Shown here in pieces: positions 60,271 to 64,000 of a DNA stretch of 64,000 nt. Where the stretch lies: positions 79,472,503-79,536,502 of the forward strand of contig NC_057719.1 in NCBI RefSeq assembly GCF_004010195.1, read 5' to 3'. Under the pieces are notes generated by a model. The model had not been told where the DNA came from. It saw nothing but the letters and a program-made list of their open reading frames with translations, and ran no database searches. Numbering within the stretch: the stretch's first letter is position 1; each line of letters opens with the position of its first letter. Source of the stretch: Chiloscyllium plagiosum (taxonomy: Eukaryota). The position numbers and the translations under genes were made by a program.

Positions 60271-61984
60271 CACCTTCCATCCAAGGGGCAGAACAGAATC
60301 TCAGTTTAACACTTCATATGAAAGGAAGTTCAGCAGTCCCCCATACTGAACCGGGAGTTTCCACATGGATCATAAGCTCACTTCTATAGAGAGGGATGTG
60401 TGCCAGTAACCATCTGATCCAGAAGCAGGGGGACTGCTCACACAGGCACAGCAGACACTGCACTTTGTTTGCTCTCGAAGCAGAAAGCCAACTTCCAAAG
60501 CAAGTTAGCAGTTCTCCTGATCTGAACTGAGAGTTTAATGTGCAATGTATCTGGGATGGCAGTCTCCCAAAAATTAATGACCTTTCTTACTATTGGAGTA
60601 TGTGTTGGAGTTACAGAATAGGATACCCATAGCACTTTCCCAAGGGGGGGAATTACAATCAGTGGACTTTATGTATAAATGTTTAATGTGCAAAAAATGT
60701 TGCTGTGTGTGCAATTTTTACATTGGTCTTAGCCCATTTACCACTGAGTCTTGGCTATTGGAGCTCCCCAGATTATTGCATTTATTTTTATTGCTCTATA
60801 TATCTGACTTCCCTGTTTCAAATGGTTTTCAATAGGTGAGTTTTCTCTGCCCGTAGTCTTGAGTGTTTGCACATGTTCCAGTTAATGTTCAGGTAGATAC
60901 AGAGCTACAGGGTTAGGTCAAGGAATGTCCCTACCTTTCATGATGTACTGGGAAGAGGTGGATAGTGTGCCCTCTATAGTCTCAGTAAGACACAGGATGA
61001 CCATTGTATCACCAGATACAATGACAATTAAAAGCTGAGTAAAGCTCTCCTCCTTACTTCCAGGCTGAAGGAGGTTTAAAAAATGTCAAAAGGTCCTCTA
61101 CATTCACCGATACAGTGATATTTAAATAGAGAGTTAAGTTTCCCAGTTATTTTCTGATGAAGGCAGTTTAGAGACAGAATCAGATTCTCTGTATATTTCG
61201 AGTAACAGAGAAGTTTACAGACAGGATAAAATTGCCCTACAACCTCAACTGAGACAGAATGTGAGCAAAATCCTCCTCCCCCGACAAAAGGCAGAGAAAA
61301 TGCAGGGAGAGGAACACAATCAGACACAGCTTGGCATCAGGGATGTAGCCATCTTCTGCGCCACCACGGAAATTAAATTCAGAATGGGAAAGCCTGGCTC
61401 TACATGTGGGTTCCTTCATTATAGTCCAATGTGGACGAGAATGGTCACCTTTCAGGTCTAACAAGAAGAGCCTTGTTAGGTAAATAATATGAAGATTAGT
61501 GCATTATTGTCACTATTTATAGAATGCATGATTAGCACCTACATTACCAAAGATATTGTTATGAAGACACCAACTCTTTCCTTACTGTGAATGAGATCAG
61601 CACAGTGGGTACTGTTTACTGCATCCAATACAGTTCTAACTTTTCAGACCCATGGAAAACACACCTAAGCACTATTTTCCCACTGCTTTGCCAATTGAGA
61701 CCCCGTAATGGTCAATGAATGATTTATGAATGATTACTTCAGGGTCTGCTTCAGGCCACCACCATAACCCATGCTATGCCTGGCTGGCAAGGACAGTGAC
61801 TACCTTCCTAAGCAGAGAGGCCTGACTGCCAGGTTGGGGAAGGGCCTCCATCTTCTGCAATCTGGGAATGATCTGGGGCATTCTTACCTCTGCATTCCAG
61901 GACCTCCTTCATTCGAGTTCTCCACTCTGAAAAGCCACCTACATTGACCACTGCTCCTAGACTCATGAAATGTGGCCATTGCCA

Positions 61985-63530
61985 GCAGGTCTAACATTTA
62001 TTGCCCATCTCTGGGTGCCCTCGAGAAGGTGGTAGTGAACTATATTCTTAAACTGCCTCAGTCTATCTACTGTAGGTAGGCTCACAATGCTATTAAGGAT
62101 AGAACACCTGGATTTTGACCTAGCTACACTGATGAATCAGTGATATATATCCAAGTCAGGATAGTGAGTGGTTTGGATGAGAACTTACAGATCATGGTGT
62201 TCATAGAGTCATTGAGATATGCAGCATGGAAACAGAGCCTTCGGTCCAACTCATCCATGCCGACCAGATATCCAAACCTAATCTAGTCCCATCTGCCAGC
62301 GCCCAGCTCATAAACCTCCAAACCCTTCCTAATCATATACTCATTCAGATGCCTTTTAAATGTTCCAATTGTACCAGCCTCCACCACTTCCTCTGGCAGC
62401 TCATTCCACACATGCACCACCCTCTGTGTGAAAAAGTTGACCCTTAGGTCTCTTTTATATCTTTCCCCTCTCACCCTAAACCTATGCCCTCTAGTTCTGG
62501 ACTCTCCCATCCCAGGGAAAAGACCTTGTCTATTTACTCTATCCATGACCCCCATGATTTTATAATCATCTACAAGGTCACCCCTCAGCCTCTGACGCTC
62601 CAGGGAAAGCAGCCCTAGCCCCCAGGTATCTGCTGCCATTGTCCTTCCAGATGGAAGTGGACTAAGGAGTCTCAGTGAATTTCTACAGTGCACCCTGTAG
62701 ATCGTAGCCTCCACCAGCAACCCCCCCCCCCCCCCCCCCCCCCCCGCAACCACCACTATGACCACCACCATTGGTAGTGGTGGAAATGAATGTTATTTTG
62801 TGCATTTGGCGTCAATCAAGCAAACTGCTTTGTCCACAATGGTCTCAAACCTTTTCAGTGTCACTGGAGCTGCAAGTAAGCCTTGTAGATGGTGGACAGG
62901 CTTTTAGAGTCAGGAGATGTGTCATTCACTGTAGGATTCCTAACCTCTGACCTGCTCTTGTAGACGCTATTTTGATGGCAAGTCCAGTTCAGTTTCTGTT
63001 CAATAGTAACCCCCAGGCTGTTGAAATTGGTGGATTTAGCAATGACAATGCGATTGACTGTCATCACCTGGCACTTATATGGAATGTATGTTACCTGCTA
63101 CTTGTCAATCTGAATGTGGATATTATCCAGGTCTTGCTGCATTTAAACACAAACTGTTTCAGTATCTGAGGAGATGTGGGTGATGCTGAACATTGTGCAA
63201 TCATTGGCGAATATCCACATTTCTGACCTTATGATGAAGGGAAGGTGAAGCAGCTGATGACGGTTGGGCTTAGGACACTACTCTGAGGAATTCCTGCTGA
63301 GATGTCCTGGAGCTGAGATGACTGACCTCCAACAACCATGACAATCTTCATATATACCAGGAATGACTCCAACCAGCAGAGAGTTTGCCCCGATGCCCAT
63401 TGATTCAATTTTTGCACTTGGTCAAATGTGTCCTTGATGTCAGGAGCTGTCACTCTTTTGCCCATATTTGGACCAAGGCTGCAATGGGATCAGAAGTTGG
63501 ATGGCTCTGGCAGAAGCCAAATTGAGCATC
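61985..63530 (-). mobile_element. L2/CR1-group LINE with a nested CR1 3' fragment (62203-62620)
   Basis: Minus strand: GGQSSQLQDISAGIPQSSVL and LGVTIEQKLNW; nested LERQRLRGDL..FFTQRVVHVWNELP. Confidence 0.82.
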
Positions 63531-64000
63531 GGTGCCAGAATCACATTGCCAGTGGATGCCGATGTTGTGGCTGTAATGGAATAGTTTATGCAGGGGCACG
63601 GTGTTGTTGTGGTATAGTCAGCAGCCTCAGCCCCTGAAGAGATGCTGCAGTTCACAGTGACTGTCTGCCTCTGATTACCCAGCAGCCTCAGGCAGGGTCC
63701 TCTGGGTGCACTTACCCATGCCAGGTAGTGACACACTGAAAAAATGCTCACTTACTGCCTGATAAAGGCAAGATTGTGTGAGCTTTCCCATTGGTGGTGG
63801 GAGGTGGAGTTGTACTCTGCACATTCCGGCATCTGTCAACATGCTTAGAAATGGAATTGGAAAATTGTGACCACAGGATGAAGTTTCCCTGATTATCCCA
63901 GAGCTGGGAGATTACATATAGGGAACATTTTCCCTACAATCCCAATTGTGTGGAGATTAGAGACAGGATAATGTTTCTCTTACAATTGCAATTGGAGAGA

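Noticed and set aside
62720..62772. Poly-C and (acc)n tract as a functional G-quadruplex element
   Set aside because: It is a simple-sequence expansion within a LINE remnant, and homopolymer length is unreliable; the same applies to 46117-46134.

Overview
This is repeat-dominated, apparently non-genic vertebrate DNA. The repeat set (HE1/V-SINE-type tRNA SINEs, HER1/CR1 LINEs, Deu-domain SINEs, Penelope-like elements, Rex/Babar and RTE fragments) points to a cartilaginous fish, probably a shark; this is inferred from recognised motifs, not from a database search. I found no convincing host protein-coding exon. All long ORFs are decayed CR1 ORF2 pieces, a Penelope GIY-YIG fragment, or run through the 980-N gap at 38564-39543. 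The most interesting structures are: (1) many short Penelope-derived insertions with 10-17 bp target-site duplications (TSDs), several forming fold-back palindromes with minimal hammerhead ribozyme cores, intact at 52812-52846(+), 52502-52536(-) and 54328-54362(-); (2) three insertions apparently copied from DNA only 0.5-2 kb away, two of them bracketed by long 72 bp and 32 bp duplications; (3) a non-autonomous family with a Rex/Babar-type 3' tail, one copy carrying a 40-bp VNTR; (4) a four-layer nested CR1/CR1/Penelope cluster that splits a 47-bp minisatellite; (5) a probable intron-containing Harbinger Myb/SANT fossil; and (6) a dense ETS/SOX/FOX/GATA/RBPJ/STAT motif cluster. Boundaries of old repeats are approximate.
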